DNA of 63,243 nt, the filler included. It is 4 parts of 4 records of this genome, joined end to end, with 100 filler letters (N's around TTAATTAATTAA, not from the genome) between each part and the next. Parts side by side here need not be neighbours in the genome. Positions count along the whole stretch, not along the records: positions 53,083 to 63,243 come from DRR378314_433; 3 more parts are not named here. The stretch is one strand, 5' to 3'. Below are positions 53,400-63,115 of this stretch, in pieces. The notes below the pieces were generated by a model, which saw nothing but the letters and a program-made list of their open reading frames with translations, was not told where the DNA came from and did no database searches. The position numbers and the translations under genes were made by a program. Within the stretch, counting starts at the first letter, position 1. The number at the start of each line of letters is the position of its first letter.

Positions 53400-53427
53400 A
53401 AGCTTAGTGTTAAAAGCTTAGTGTTAA
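53400..53427. repeat. Perfect 14-bp tandem duplication (AAGCTTAGTGTTAA)x2
   Basis: Read directly; lies 19-46 nt upstream of the mgtE start. Confidence 0.9.
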
Positions 53428-53599
53428 AGAAGTGCAAACTCCTGGCGGCTCGCTTTATGAATGTTATAGACAGGTAGGGTTGAAAGCCATGGCGGTACTG
53501 TGATGCGAGCACACGATATACCAGCCCATATCGAGCCCAAGCAGCGCTACAGCTGGAAGTGGCGATCACTTCACTAAACGATGAACTATCCAGTCACAC

Positions 53600-53974
53600 T
53601 TAGCTATGAGACGAAGGCTCTGGCCGGGTAGCCAGCCAAAGGGCAATCAGCATTAGTAGGGCCACCACTGCCCCGCTTAACCAGCCAGGCCCGAGTGACC
53701 AGACGGTGATTACGGCACTCAACGCTATCGTGCAAACGGCAAAAATCTTAGCGCGCTTGGGGATGGCGCGCTCTTGTTCCCAGGTAACCAGCAGTGGCCC
53801 GACATAGTGGCGGGAGCGAATCCAGGCCTCAAAACGTGGAGACCCCCTTGAGGCACAGTAAATAGCGATTAGCATAAACACGGTGGTCGGCAATAGGGGC
53901 AGAAAAATGCCTAATACGCCGATGCTAAAACTCATCCCTGCCAGCATTACCCACATGAGGCTGATCAGTCTCAT
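53600..53974 (-). CDS. ybaN: YbaN/DUF454 family membrane protein
   Basis: GIFLPLLPTTVF, SPRF..W, AIPKRAK. Confidence 0.88.
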   Translation of the reverse strand: MRLISLMWVMLAGMSFSIGVLGIFLPLLPTTVFMLIAIYCASRGSPRFEAWIRSRHYVGPLLVTWEQERAIPKRAKIFAVCTIALSAVITVWSLGPGWLSGAVVALLMLIALWLATRPEPSSHS

Positions 53975-54095
53975 TCTTGCTCCCCAATTGGCACACGGTA
54001 ATGCATATATTGCCCGTTACGTACGGATAAGTATGGACTTATATGAAGGGTTTGCCACTCTGCGGGATAGAGCTCGTTGGCTGCTGAACGTTATC

Positions 54096-54857
54096 TTAAG
54101 GCGTTAGGGCGAGAAGAGGGGCTGCAGCGTTACTGCTATTGATAGGCTGCAGCTCTACGTCATAAACCTTGGCGATGGTGGCGGGGGCAAGCACTAGGGC
54201 GGGCGAGCCGTGAGCAATACGCTGACCTTGATGTAGCAGCCATACCCGGTCGGCGTAGGTGCTGGCGAGGTTGAGGTCGTGCAGCACGCAGACAATCGCC
54301 ATGTGGTGCCGTTCTACCCAGGCGCGTAGTTGACGCATTAAGCGCTGCTGCTGGCCGATATCGAGTGCGCTCGTGGGTTCATCCAGCAGTAAAAGCCCGC
54401 CATCTTTAGCGCTAGGAGAGCGCCGTGAGAGTAGCTGGCAGGCACCTCGTGCAATCATTACCCGTTGGCGTTCACCGCCAGAGAGGGAAAGTACGCTGCG
54501 TTTAGCTAACTGCGTCAGATCTAGGTCATGTAGCAGTTCCGCAATCAGTGCGTTACTGGGGTTGCTGCCTAAGCTCACCAGCTCAAAGGTTTGCCAATCA
54601 AAGCCGGGCAGCTCCTGTTGGGCGACCAGCGCCCGGCGATTGGCAAGCTCGCTGATTGGCCACTCACTCAGGCGTTTTCCATCCAGATGTAGCTCGCCCT
54701 GTTCACAGGGGCGAAATCCCGACAGCATGTTGAGTAGTGTGCTTTTGCCCGCGCCGTTGGGGCCAACAATGGCGAGTAGCTCACCAGGGCGAAGAGTGCC
54801 GTCCAGCGGCGCGATTGAGGGCGTGGTGGTAAAACCCGCCTGATGTAGGGTTAGCAT
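54096..54857 (-). CDS. hmuV: Haem ABC transporter ATPase
   Basis: GPNGAGKST, LSGGERQR, LLLDEPTSALD, LHDLNLA; real start is the ATG at 54857 overlapping the hmuU end. Confidence 0.9.
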   Translation of the reverse strand: MLTLHQAGFTTTPSIAPLDGTLRPGELLAIVGPNGAGKSTLLNMLSGFRPCEQGELHLDGKRLSEWPISELANRRALVAQQELPGFDWQTFELVSLGSNPSNALIAELLHDLDLTQLAKRSVLSLSGGERQRVMIARGACQLLSRRSPSAKDGGLLLLDEPTSALDIGQQQRLMRQLRAWVERHHMAIVCVLHDLNLASTYADRVWLLHQGQRIAHGSPALVLAPATIAKVYDVELQPINSSNAAAPLLALTP

Positions 54858-55891
54858 GCCCGATTCCGACGCATTAGCAGGTAAAGAAAATAGGGGCCGC
54901 CCAGTAGGCTGGTTAAAAGCCCGACGGGGATTTCGGCGGGCGCGCCGAGGGTGCGCGCCAGGGTATCGGCCACCACTAGCAGTAGTGCACCGCCTAGCAT
55001 AGAGGCGGGTAGCAGCAGGCGATGGCCAGGCCCGAGCCAAAGTCGCAGGCAGTGGGGGACGAGTAAACCAAGAAAGCCAATCACGCCGGTCAGCGCGACG
55101 CACAGCCCTACACCCAGCGAGGTAGCAACGACCACGCGGCGTTTTAAGCACGTTGCATCCAGACCTGCCGCATGGGCGGTAGATTCGCCTAGCTGAAGTA
55201 GGTCAAGCTCACGAGCGCTGCGTATTAACAGCCATAGGGCAACAGCAATCAGGGCAAGGGCTACGGCTGTGGTGCGCCACAGAGCGTTGGTAAGCGTGCC
55301 CATTCCCCATAAGCTGAGCTGACGAAGTTGGTCGTCGCTGGCAATAAACGCCAGTACGCCGCCTCCAGCGCCTGCTAACGTGTTGATTGCTAAGCCTGCT
55401 AGTAGCAGTGACATGACGGCGGCACTGCCACCCCCTTGGCGCTTGGCAATGCCAAACACCACTAAGCAAACACTAAGCGCACCGAGAAAGCCCGCTGCAA
55501 ACTGGCCGTAAAGGCTACCGGCAGCGCTGCCCTGAAATAGCACAATCCAAAGTGCTACAAATAGCCCTGCACCACTGGCAAGGCCTAATAGCGTTGGGTC
55601 GGCCAATGGGTTTCTAAATAGCCCCTGCATGGCGGCACCACTGCCCGCCAGCATCGCCCCCACGGCAACCCCCAGAAGTAGGCGCGGTAGGCGTAGCTGC
55701 CACCACACTTGGACACTGAGCTCATCTGCGCTGCCATTAATGAGTGCCCAGGGCGACACACCTAACGCGCCTGAAGCAGCACCCCAGCCAAGGGCGATCA
55801 ATAACGCCAGGGTAAGGCCACTTAATACTCGTGTTGTTCGACTAAGCGGTAACAAGGGGCGATAACGATCATGGGAAGCGCTGGTGATCAT
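54851..55891 (-). CDS. hmuU: Haem ABC transporter permease (FecCD family)
   Basis: RLPR, QGLFRNPLADP, IGFLGLLVPH, EIPVG. Confidence 0.92.
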   Translation of the reverse strand: MITSASHDRYRPLLPLSRTTRVLSGLTLALLIALGWGAASGALGVSPWALINGSADELSVQVWWQLRLPRLLLGVAVGAMLAGSGAAMQGLFRNPLADPTLLGLASGAGLFVALWIVLFQGSAAGSLYGQFAAGFLGALSVCLVVFGIAKRQGGGSAAVMSLLLAGLAINTLAGAGGGVLAFIASDDQLRQLSLWGMGTLTNALWRTTAVALALIAVALWLLIRSARELDLLQLGESTAHAAGLDATCLKRRVVVATSLGVGLCVALTGVIGFLGLLVPHCLRLWLGPGHRLLLPASMLGGALLLVVADTLARTLGAPAEIPVGLLTSLLGGPYFLYLLMRRNRAC

Positions 55892-56757
55892 CGGCTGACC
55901 TGCTCTGTACCAAGCAGTGCTTCAATGTTCTGGCGCAAGGTAAATAGCTGCTCAGGCGTGCGGGGGCCAAAACCGAGCAGTGCCTGATCATCAATCACAA
56001 TAAGTCGCTGTTCGCGTCCTGCGGGTGTTAAGCGCATACCCGGTAACTGCCATAGTGCATTTTCACCGCCCAGAGCGTCTAACCCCCGTTGGGACATAAT
56101 CACCAGCGCAGGTGCTTCTTTTGCCAGCGCCTCTGCCGCAACGCTTTGATAGCCCGCCATATCGCCAAAAGCATTGTCGAGGCCAACGGCATCCAAGGCT
56201 ATATGGGCGGCGGTGCCGCTGCCGGCAACCCGCGGTGTTAGGCCACTATGGTGAAGAATAAACATTGCACGTGTATCAGGCAGCGGGGGAAGAGCCGCCA
56301 AGCGCTCAAGCGTCGCGGTGAGTGAGATTGCCAACTCGTCACCTCCTTGTTGGCGTTGCGTGTGCTGAGCCACCGTGCGGACTTTCTCGGCAATCGAGGA
56401 AAGGTCGGCAGGGGCATCAATCACATCAACCGTTACACCCACGGCCTCTAGCTGTTCCAACACCTCTTTAGGGCCGGCGTGTCCTGCGGCTAGCACGCGG
56501 TCCGGCGCCACTGAGAGTACGCTTTCCGCCGACAGCTGGCGCAGGTAGCCGACCGAAGGCAGTGCGGCCATTTCGGGCGGGTGGAGCACCGTATCATCGC
56601 GGGCAACGATCTCGATATCCGCGTCAAGCGCGGCGATGGTTTCAGCGATATCGCCGCCCAAAATGACCCAGCGTTCGTTGGCTAGCGCCCCGCCAGTGGT
56701 TAACCAGCCAATCAGTAGCGCGGCAAGCGAGTGGCGTGCGAAGCGTGTGACATTCAT
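55888..56757 (-). CDS. hmuT: Periplasmic haem-binding protein
   Basis: Signal peptide; VGYLRQLSAE (Tyr haem ligand), LLGFGPR. Confidence 0.9.
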   Translation of the reverse strand: MNVTRFARHSLAALLIGWLTTGGALANERWVILGGDIAETIAALDADIEIVARDDTVLHPPEMAALPSVGYLRQLSAESVLSVAPDRVLAAGHAGPKEVLEQLEAVGVTVDVIDAPADLSSIAEKVRTVAQHTQRQQGGDELAISLTATLERLAALPPLPDTRAMFILHHSGLTPRVAGSGTAAHIALDAVGLDNAFGDMAGYQSVAAEALAKEAPALVIMSQRGLDALGGENALWQLPGMRLTPAGREQRLIVIDDQALLGFGPRTPEQLFTLRQNIEALLGTEQVSR

Positions 56758-57818
56758 GCCACGGCCTCTTGGTTACCGAGTTCATTCAGCAACTGCCGCC
56801 ACTCGGGACGCTCCACGCGACCTTCCTGGCGCTCAGCGTAAATTTGCAGCACCAAAGAACCCTCGGCATCAAAGGCTTCTACACTGGTGACGCCACCGTC
56901 GCGGTTAGGCTTGCTGACCTGCCACACTTGCTCAATGGCAGTGTCATTAAGGTGCAGCGTGAACTGCTCGCCAAACAGGTTCAGCCAGCCGCGGGCGCGC
57001 TGAGGTTCAGGTAGTGTGCCAGTGCGAATTTGCACGCAGCCAGGACTGGCCACGAACAGCATCAGTGGCAGTGCGCGCTGACTTGCTTGGGTTAACAGGT
57101 TTTCCAGGGCATCGACGGGCAGCGCGCGAGTATAACGGCCTTCCATTAGCTGGTTGGCTTCCAGACGCTCTAGATGGTGGCGCTGAAGCAGGGCGAAAAA
57201 TTGGTGCACATCACGCATCGCCGCCCATTCGCTGGCGAGTGTCGGCGCTTCAGGAAGCGCACGCTTTAAGCGGGGCGCGCTTTGGGTAAACGCGGGGGTA
57301 TCTATGGTGCCTAGGGCAGCTAATGCGCCCCATGGGCGGGGCAGCGGATTTTCCAGCGCAAAGCTTTTGTGAATGGCACAGCCATGCTGATTGAAAATTT
57401 GCAGGCTCCAGCGCCACTGGCCTTGTTCACTCTCCGTTGGCAGGGGGGCATGAATAGGGTCGCGAATCAGGCAAGCCCAGTGCCAATGGGAATACAGCAA
57501 CCGTAAATCTAAGCCACCTGGGTCAAGCAGCAAGCCGGTTTGCGGCCCCCCGTCTAGGTCAGGGTAATCACCGGTTTGCTCAAGCACGGCTAAACGAGAG
57601 CGGGTGAGTGCTTTGACTCGGCCTAATAGGGGAAGGCGAGCCGCAAGGTCTTTCGGCGCGAGGGGCAGCGTCCATACGTCACGGCCTAAGCGCGCGGCCT
57701 GAAGTTCGCCTTCACTGATTGATAAGCGCTCGGCAATATCAATCGCTGGCAGGCGAGGCTGTGCTGCTCGTGCTGCGTCAAAGGCTTCAAGAATTGCGAT
57801 CTGCTGGGACTCAATCAT
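56754..57818 (-). CDS. hmuS: HemS/ChuS/PhuS haem-utilisation protein
   Basis: ISEGEL, LDLRL, SLQIFN..G.AIHK, DVHQF, VTSVEAFD. Confidence 0.9.
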   Translation of the reverse strand: MIESQQIAILEAFDAARAAQPRLPAIDIAERLSISEGELQAARLGRDVWTLPLAPKDLAARLPLLGRVKALTRSRLAVLEQTGDYPDLDGGPQTGLLLDPGGLDLRLLYSHWHWACLIRDPIHAPLPTESEQGQWRWSLQIFNQHGCAIHKSFALENPLPRPWGALAALGTIDTPAFTQSAPRLKRALPEAPTLASEWAAMRDVHQFFALLQRHHLERLEANQLMEGRYTRALPVDALENLLTQASQRALPLMLFVASPGCVQIRTGTLPEPQRARGWLNLFGEQFTLHLNDTAIEQVWQVSKPNRDGGVTSVEAFDAEGSLVLQIYAERQEGRVERPEWRQLLNELGNQEAVA

Positions 57819-57849
57819 ACGTCACCTCTAGGCTTAACATTGCAAGGAG

Positions 57850-59823
57850 TTACCACTGCCAGTTGAGGGTGGCGAACAGGCTACGTCCGTCGCCCAGACT
57901 GCCATCGGGCCGATACCACACTTTGTCGCCGAGGTTGGCGAGGCGCAGCGCGGTATCAATAGCGGGGGTGATTTGCCAAGCAAGGTGGATATCGTGCAGC
58001 CCATAGCCTGGCAGGCGTTCATCGTCGCCCTGTTTGTCGAACGCCTGAGCAAAGCGGCCCTGCCAGCCGACCCTTACAGTGCCGTTATAAAGCGCAACGT
58101 CACTGCCCAGCGTCATTTCCAGAGGTGTTTGGCTACCCAGAGCTTCACCGCTGTCGCGATCTTTGCCGGATACCTCTGAAAGACCTACAAAGCTGGTCAG
58201 CAGCGGGAATGCGCTAGGTTGCCAAGTAAGTCGGGCGTCATATCCCCATAGCTGAGCACGCTGCACGTTTACGGCCTGAGTCGTGCCCGCCATGATATCG
58301 ACCTGAGTGTCGATGAAGTCGTCTGCACGAGTGTCGAAGTAGCTGGCGCGCGCCTGCCAGTCGCCTTGGTGCCATACCACACCGCTTTCCCAGGTGCGGC
58401 TGGTTTCAGGGGAAAGACTGGGGTTGGGAATCCAGTAGTTGTCGGGCATGCAGAAAGATGGCCCGGCGCAGAAACCGGCAAAGTGACGCTCGTTGGCGTA
58501 AAGCTCGGAAAGGCTGGGGGCGCGGAAGGCTTCAGCGTATCCGGAGAACAGCATTAAGGTGTCATCGGGTCGCCAGGCAAGACGAAAGCGCGGCGACACT
58601 TGGTCGTGCACGCTGTCGGCATCGTTTTGACCGCTGGCGTCATAGCGGTCATAGCGCGCACCAATGCCGACGTCAAACTGCCCCGCGCCGCCCTCTGCTA
58701 AATAGCGGCCCGCAGTAAGCGTGGTGTCAAGATAGGCCGACTGGGTATCGATATCAGCGTGGGGGAAACCATTCGCTTCACCGTCAGGCCGTTGGCGAGC
58801 CTGCTCCAGCTCTGCGCCAAACACCAGCGTTTGTGAAAGCCAGCCATGGTCGATGCTGTGATAGCCATCGCTTTGCAGGCCGACTCGCTCAAGGGTACGG
58901 TTAGCCTGTGGCTCGTCGATATCCTGTTGGCTAAAGGTAAGCTGTGAGGTGATTTCAGTGGCACCACTCGGTTGCCAGCGGTGGCCAAGTTGTACGTTAT
59001 TGCTCTCAACATCACGCTCGCGTAATGGGTTGCTGGCGCTGGTTGATAGCTGCTGCGGATTAGCGGGTTGGGTGGCGCGCTCATCATAGTGCTGCCAGCT
59101 AATAAACACCCGTTGGTCGTCGCTTGGTTCCCAGCCGCCTTTTAAAAGCAGGCTATTGAGGCTGGCATCTTCTACTGCTTCATCACCGCCCGCGCGACGA
59201 ATATCGCCGGACTCGCTACGGCCCACAGAAAATAGCCCATCCACTTGCCCGTTAGCCGTGTCGCGGCGGCCAAACGCCGTCAGGCTGCCGCGTAGCTCGT
59301 CGTTCGCTGTTGCCCCGCCTAGGGAAAGACGTGCACCGCTATCTTCACCTGGGGCTAATAGGTCGCTGGCCTCGACACTGGTAAAGCTAACAACGCCGCC
59401 CATGGCATTGCTACCGTACAGACTGGAAAGCGAGCCACGGGCAATCTGCACTTCTTGAATCAGCGCTGGGTCGAGGAAGAAGTTGCCCACATGGCCAGTG
59501 GAAATATCCTGGCGAACACCGTCCAGGCGCACCAGTACACCATTGCTGCCGAAGCCACGCATACTCAGCGTTTGGCCGTTACGGCGTCCTTGGCCAGCAA
59601 CATGCAGGCCAGGCTGGCGACTCAGCACGTCTTCAACGCGGCTCGCGGTGGCAAGCGTTGCGTCTTGGCGGTCGATAATGTCGATAATCAGCGGTGCGCG
59701 GGACAGATCCGTCGGTGCTCGGGTACCTGTGACTGTTAGCGGGGCTAAGCCCGAGTCGTTGGCGTTGGCAGGCAGAAGAGGGAGTAGGGTAAGGCATAAG
59801 CCTAACGTGTGAGTTGGTTTCAT
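57850..59823 (-). CDS. TonB-dependent haem/haemoglobin receptor
   Basis: Signal peptide, TonB box (LTVTGTR), plug, FRAP and NPSL motifs with an intervening His, C-terminal W. Confidence 0.9.
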   Translation of the reverse strand: MKPTHTLGLCLTLLPLLPANANDSGLAPLTVTGTRAPTDLSRAPLIIDIIDRQDATLATASRVEDVLSRQPGLHVAGQGRRNGQTLSMRGFGSNGVLVRLDGVRQDISTGHVGNFFLDPALIQEVQIARGSLSSLYGSNAMGGVVSFTSVEASDLLAPGEDSGARLSLGGATANDELRGSLTAFGRRDTANGQVDGLFSVGRSESGDIRRAGGDEAVEDASLNSLLLKGGWEPSDDQRVFISWQHYDERATQPANPQQLSTSASNPLRERDVESNNVQLGHRWQPSGATEITSQLTFSQQDIDEPQANRTLERVGLQSDGYHSIDHGWLSQTLVFGAELEQARQRPDGEANGFPHADIDTQSAYLDTTLTAGRYLAEGGAGQFDVGIGARYDRYDASGQNDADSVHDQVSPRFRLAWRPDDTLMLFSGYAEAFRAPSLSELYANERHFAGFCAGPSFCMPDNYWIPNPSLSPETSRTWESGVVWHQGDWQARASYFDTRADDFIDTQVDIMAGTTQAVNVQRAQLWGYDARLTWQPSAFPLLTSFVGLSEVSGKDRDSGEALGSQTPLEMTLGSDVALYNGTVRVGWQGRFAQAFDKQGDDERLPGYGLHDIHLAWQITPAIDTALRLANLGDKVWYRPDGSLGDGRSLFATLNWQW

Positions 59824-59933
59824 GGGCCAGACAGTTCCAGCAGAAAGTGATGGATAATGTTGCTGGCTGGGTGCGATGGGCTACCTGGCTGGCTAAAAGG
59901 GTTAGTAGTAGGTAAGTGATTATTTTAAAAGGC

Positions 59934-60101
59934 TTACGCCGTTAAGATCAGCTTGCCGCTTTTCGTGCGTCGCAGCACATAGCGTCGCTGTTCATGGTGA
60001 ATCACCAACTGACCGTCTTGATCAAGCAGCGCCTGACTTGTCACTTCGCGAGATGCGCTAGGCGAGCCTTCTGGCGGAACGTCTTTTTTTCTGGGCTGCA
60101 T
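59934..60101 (-). CDS. hemP: Haemin uptake protein HemP/HmuP (55 aa)
   Basis: MQPRKK...SQALLDQDGQLVIHHEQRRYVLRRTKSGKLILTA; YxLRxTxxGKLILT signature. Below the ORF-track size cut-off. Confidence 0.9.
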   Translation of the reverse strand: MQPRKKDVPPEGSPSASREVTSQALLDQDGQLVIHHEQRRYVLRRTKSGKLILTA

Positions 60102-60121
60102 GAGAGGTTGTTTCCTGTGGT

Positions 60122-60140
60122 AATGATAACTATTAGCATT
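60122..60140. promoter_or_regulatory. Fur box
   Basis: AATGATAAC-T-ATTAGCATT, 2 mismatches to AATGATAAT-N-ATTATCATT, 20 nt upstream of hemP. Confidence 0.85.
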
Positions 60141-60272
60141 AATTTAGCAGATTTGACTACCTCTCACAACCATCACTCCCAACCTTACCTAACCACCGCG
60201 CAGATGCTTAACCAACAGTTTTTAAAGGTGGGGAATAGCTTGCTAATGAACGTTCACCTAACAGTAGAGTTC

Positions 60273-60306
60273 TCGTCATTACCCTGTCATTTAAATTGAT
60301 TAGTGT
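60273..60306 (+). promoter_or_regulatory. Pho box and -10 element of phoX
   Basis: TCGTCAT-TACC-CTGTCAT 11-bp direct repeat, then 10 nt and TAGTGT. Confidence 0.72.
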
Positions 60307-60357
60307 CCTCTTAACATAAAACTAGCGCGTGTTAACCGTGACGAGAGGATCGTAGTT

Positions 60358-62490
60358 ATGAGCAAGGAAATTGAAGACCATCGCCTGTTAAATCAGAGCA
60401 GCAACCAGCCGTTTGCGGATGTGTTAGCGCAGCATGTTTCGCGACGTGCGGTAATGCGGGGCGGCTTAGGTTTGGCCGCTGCTTCAATGCTTGGCTTTGG
60501 CGGTGCCGCCCAAGCACTGGCTTCAAACGGGGCGCAAAAAACGCCGTTGACGCTGGCGTTTGAGGCGGTTCAAGGATCGCTAACGGATGCTGTCGTAGTG
60601 CCTGAAGGCTATGTTGCCCAAGTGCTGGTGCCGTGGGGCACGCCGTTGAACACTGGTGACAGCTGGCAGTCCGACCAGTCAATGACTGCCGAGCGCCAAG
60701 CCGCTAGCGTGGGTATGAACCACGATGGCATGGCTGGTTTTGCTCTGGATGCCGATAACGCCTCACGGCGCTTTGTGCTGGTGCTCAACAACGAATATAT
60801 CGATCAAGCAGCGCTGTGGGCACCTCAAGGTGGCCCCACTGATGCTGAAGGCAAGCGCCCCGCCGAAGAGTCGCGTACCGAAATCAACGCTCACGGTGTC
60901 ACTATTGTGGAAGTTGAGAAAGACGCTAACGGACACTGGTCGCATGTGCCCGGCTCCCGCTATAACCGCCGTCTTACCAGCGCGACGGTGATGGAAATGG
61001 CTGGCCCAGTGGCAGGCAGTGACTATGTGAAAACGCGTTTCTCCCCAGCGGGTACGCAAACCCGTGGCACCAATAACAACTGTGGTAATGGGTTAACGCC
61101 CTGGGGTACTTATATCGCTTGCGAAGAGAACTGGCCCAATGTGTTCATTAATCACGGCCAACTCTTCCAGGACGACGCGCGGATTGGTATTCCTACCGAT
61201 AAAAGCCGCTATGGTTGGGATACCTCGGCGGGTGATGCCTCTGAAGAAAACGATGAGTTTGCGCGTTTCAATATCACGCCACGGGGCGAGCGTGCTGAAG
61301 ATGATTACCGCAACGAAGCGCGCACCTTTGGCTACCAAGTTGAAGTCGATCCCTATAGTGATGCTCACGCGGTAAAACGCACGGCACTTGGTCGTTTCCG
61401 TCATGAAGGGTGCTGGCTAGGTAAGCTGGAAGCAGGGCAACCCGTGGTGTACTACTCTGGCCACGATTCCCGCAACGAGTACGTCTATAAGTATGTTTCT
61501 GACGCTGCCTGGGATCCCGCCGATGCCAATCGTCCGGGTGAAGCGTATGACCGCCTCGCCATTGGTAGTAAATATCTGGATAACGGCACCCTCTATGTGG
61601 CTCGCTTCAACGCTGATGGCAGCGGTGAGTGGTTGCCGCTAACACCTAGCGCGCTAACACGCGACGGCCGTTCGTTGGCAACGGCTTTGGGCTTGGCAGA
61701 GGATGATTTAGCTGGGGTGATTATTAACACCTGCGATGCTGCGGATCTGATGGGAGCGACACCAATGGACCGCCCAGAGTGGGCAACCGTGGATCCTTCC
61801 TCTGGCGAGGTGTATCTAACGCTGACCAATAATTCGAAGCGTAGTGAAGAAGCCGCAGCGGCTACTTTCACCAATCAAGGTGATGACATTGCTCAGCTAG
61901 GGGTAGGCTATGAGACAGCCCCGGCCAACGCCGTTAATCCACGCGCTAATAACGAAGCCGGTCACATTATCCGCTGGCGTGAAAGCCGCCTGCCGAATGC
62001 CTTTCGCTGGGAAGTGTTTGTGTTTGGTGCCGCCACTAATGATGAAGGCAATCACTCCGGCCTGACTGAAATGAACCAGTTTGCCAGCCCCGATGGTCTG
62101 TGGTTTGACCAGCGTGATGATGGTCAGGGCATTCTCTGGATACAGACCGATAATGGTTACGAAGGCATTACCGAGTACACCAACGACCAGCTATTAGCCG
62201 TGGTGCCTAACAGCTTGGACGAGATTCAGGGTACCGGTCCGGTGATTAACAACAGCAACCAGCAGCAACTGAAACGCTTCGCCGTAGGGCCTAATGGTTG
62301 TGAAGTGACCGGCATTTTTGCAACGCCGGACAAAACGGCGCTGTTTATTAATATTCAGCACCCCGGCAACTGGCCCGCGGATGGTAGCGCACTGACCCAA
62401 GATGCCACCGCTGAGGCCAGCGGTCAGGTACGCCCTCGGGCATCTACCGTAGTTATTCAGAAGCGCGATGGTGGGCCGATAGGGGTGTGA
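60358..62490 (+). CDS. phoX: PhoX-family alkaline phosphatase (Tat-exported)
   Basis: SRRAVMRGG twin-arginine signal, NHDGM, NNCG..TPWGT..CEEN, GRFRHE, DRPE, SPDG, CEVTG, NIQHPG. Confidence 0.93.
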   Translation: MSKEIEDHRLLNQSSNQPFADVLAQHVSRRAVMRGGLGLAAASMLGFGGAAQALASNGAQKTPLTLAFEAVQGSLTDAVVVPEGYVAQVLVPWGTPLNTGDSWQSDQSMTAERQAASVGMNHDGMAGFALDADNASRRFVLVLNNEYIDQAALWAPQGGPTDAEGKRPAEESRTEINAHGVTIVEVEKDANGHWSHVPGSRYNRRLTSATVMEMAGPVAGSDYVKTRFSPAGTQTRGTNNNCGNGLTPWGTYIACEENWPNVFINHGQLFQDDARIGIPTDKSRYGWDTSAGDASEENDEFARFNITPRGERAEDDYRNEARTFGYQVEVDPYSDAHAVKRTALGRFRHEGCWLGKLEAGQPVVYYSGHDSRNEYVYKYVSDAAWDPADANRPGEAYDRLAIGSKYLDNGTLYVARFNADGSGEWLPLTPSALTRDGRSLATALGLAEDDLAGVIINTCDAADLMGATPMDRPEWATVDPSSGEVYLTLTNNSKRSEEAAAATFTNQGDDIAQLGVGYETAPANAVNPRANNEAGHIIRWRESRLPNAFRWEVFVFGAATNDEGNHSGLTEMNQFASPDGLWFDQRDDGQGILWIQTDNGYEGITEYTNDQLLAVVPNSLDEIQGTGPVINNSNQQQLKRFAVGPNGCEVTGIFATPDKTALFINIQHPGNWPADGSALTQDATAEASGQVRPRASTVVIQKRDGGPIGV

Positions 62491-62552
62491 AAATAGCTGT
62501 TGAGCCTTAGCAGCCATTTTGGGTGCTTAAAACGCTATTGAGAGCTTCCATT

Positions 62553-62590
62553 AAAAGCTTCGAACCTGTGAAAGGTTCGGAGCTTTTTTT
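62553..62590. terminator. Intrinsic terminator after phoX (probably bidirectional)
   Basis: AAAAGCTTCGAACCT-gtgaa-AGGTTCGGAGCTTTTTTT. Confidence 0.85.
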
Positions 62591-62609
62591 GATCCTGAGT
62601 CTTTTGGGC

Positions 62610-62930
62610 TTACTGCTTTTTCTGCCGGGCTTCTAACGCGTGGATGGCGTCGATCTTCAATGGGAGCTTGTTGGCCCAGAGAATATCTTCGCGGCAATGG
62701 CCAATATCTAGCAGCACCTGATCATCGTAGGCCAATAGCGGCAGTATATGGCGGCGGAAAAGACAGCGCCGCCGGAAACGCCACCAGCCCATATCTAGCG
62801 CGCGAATTAGCCTCATTGACGGCATGGCAGGCATGTAAAAATCTACTTGTGGTGGCTTTGGGGGCGGCGCCAATTGGCTGGCTTTTACCCATGCATTTTG
62901 GGCATGTTGGGCTGAATGTTCACACTTCAT
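62610..62930 (-). CDS. Small Arg-rich DUF1127-like protein
   Basis: WWRFRRR...LLAYDDQVLLDIGHCREDI; AAGAGG RBS. Confidence 0.6.
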   Translation of the reverse strand: MKCEHSAQHAQNAWVKASQLAPPPKPPQVDFYMPAMPSMRLIRALDMGWWRFRRRCLFRRHILPLLAYDDQVLLDIGHCREDILWANKLPLKIDAIHALEARQKKQ

Positions 62931-63115
62931 CGCGCACCTCTTTTTTCACAACGACTGTGCAGGCAGCGGTGTCTGGGCACCGACTGGACAGGCATGGTTT
63001 GTAGTCAATAAGTGAGAGGGTCGCGACCTCTTGTGAACAGCTTGGTACTTCGCCTTGGATCAATCAAACGAAAAGATCTACACTAATCGTTAAGTTTTTC
63101 TGAAAGGTAGGCGTG

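Noticed and set aside
54858-55151. N-terminal extension of the hmuV ORF
   Set aside because: It overlaps hmuU out of frame; the ABC domain starts at 54857.
59994-60299. 101-aa plus-strand ORF upstream of phoX
   Set aside because: It is antisense to hemP, runs over the Fur and Pho boxes, and has no recognisable motifs.
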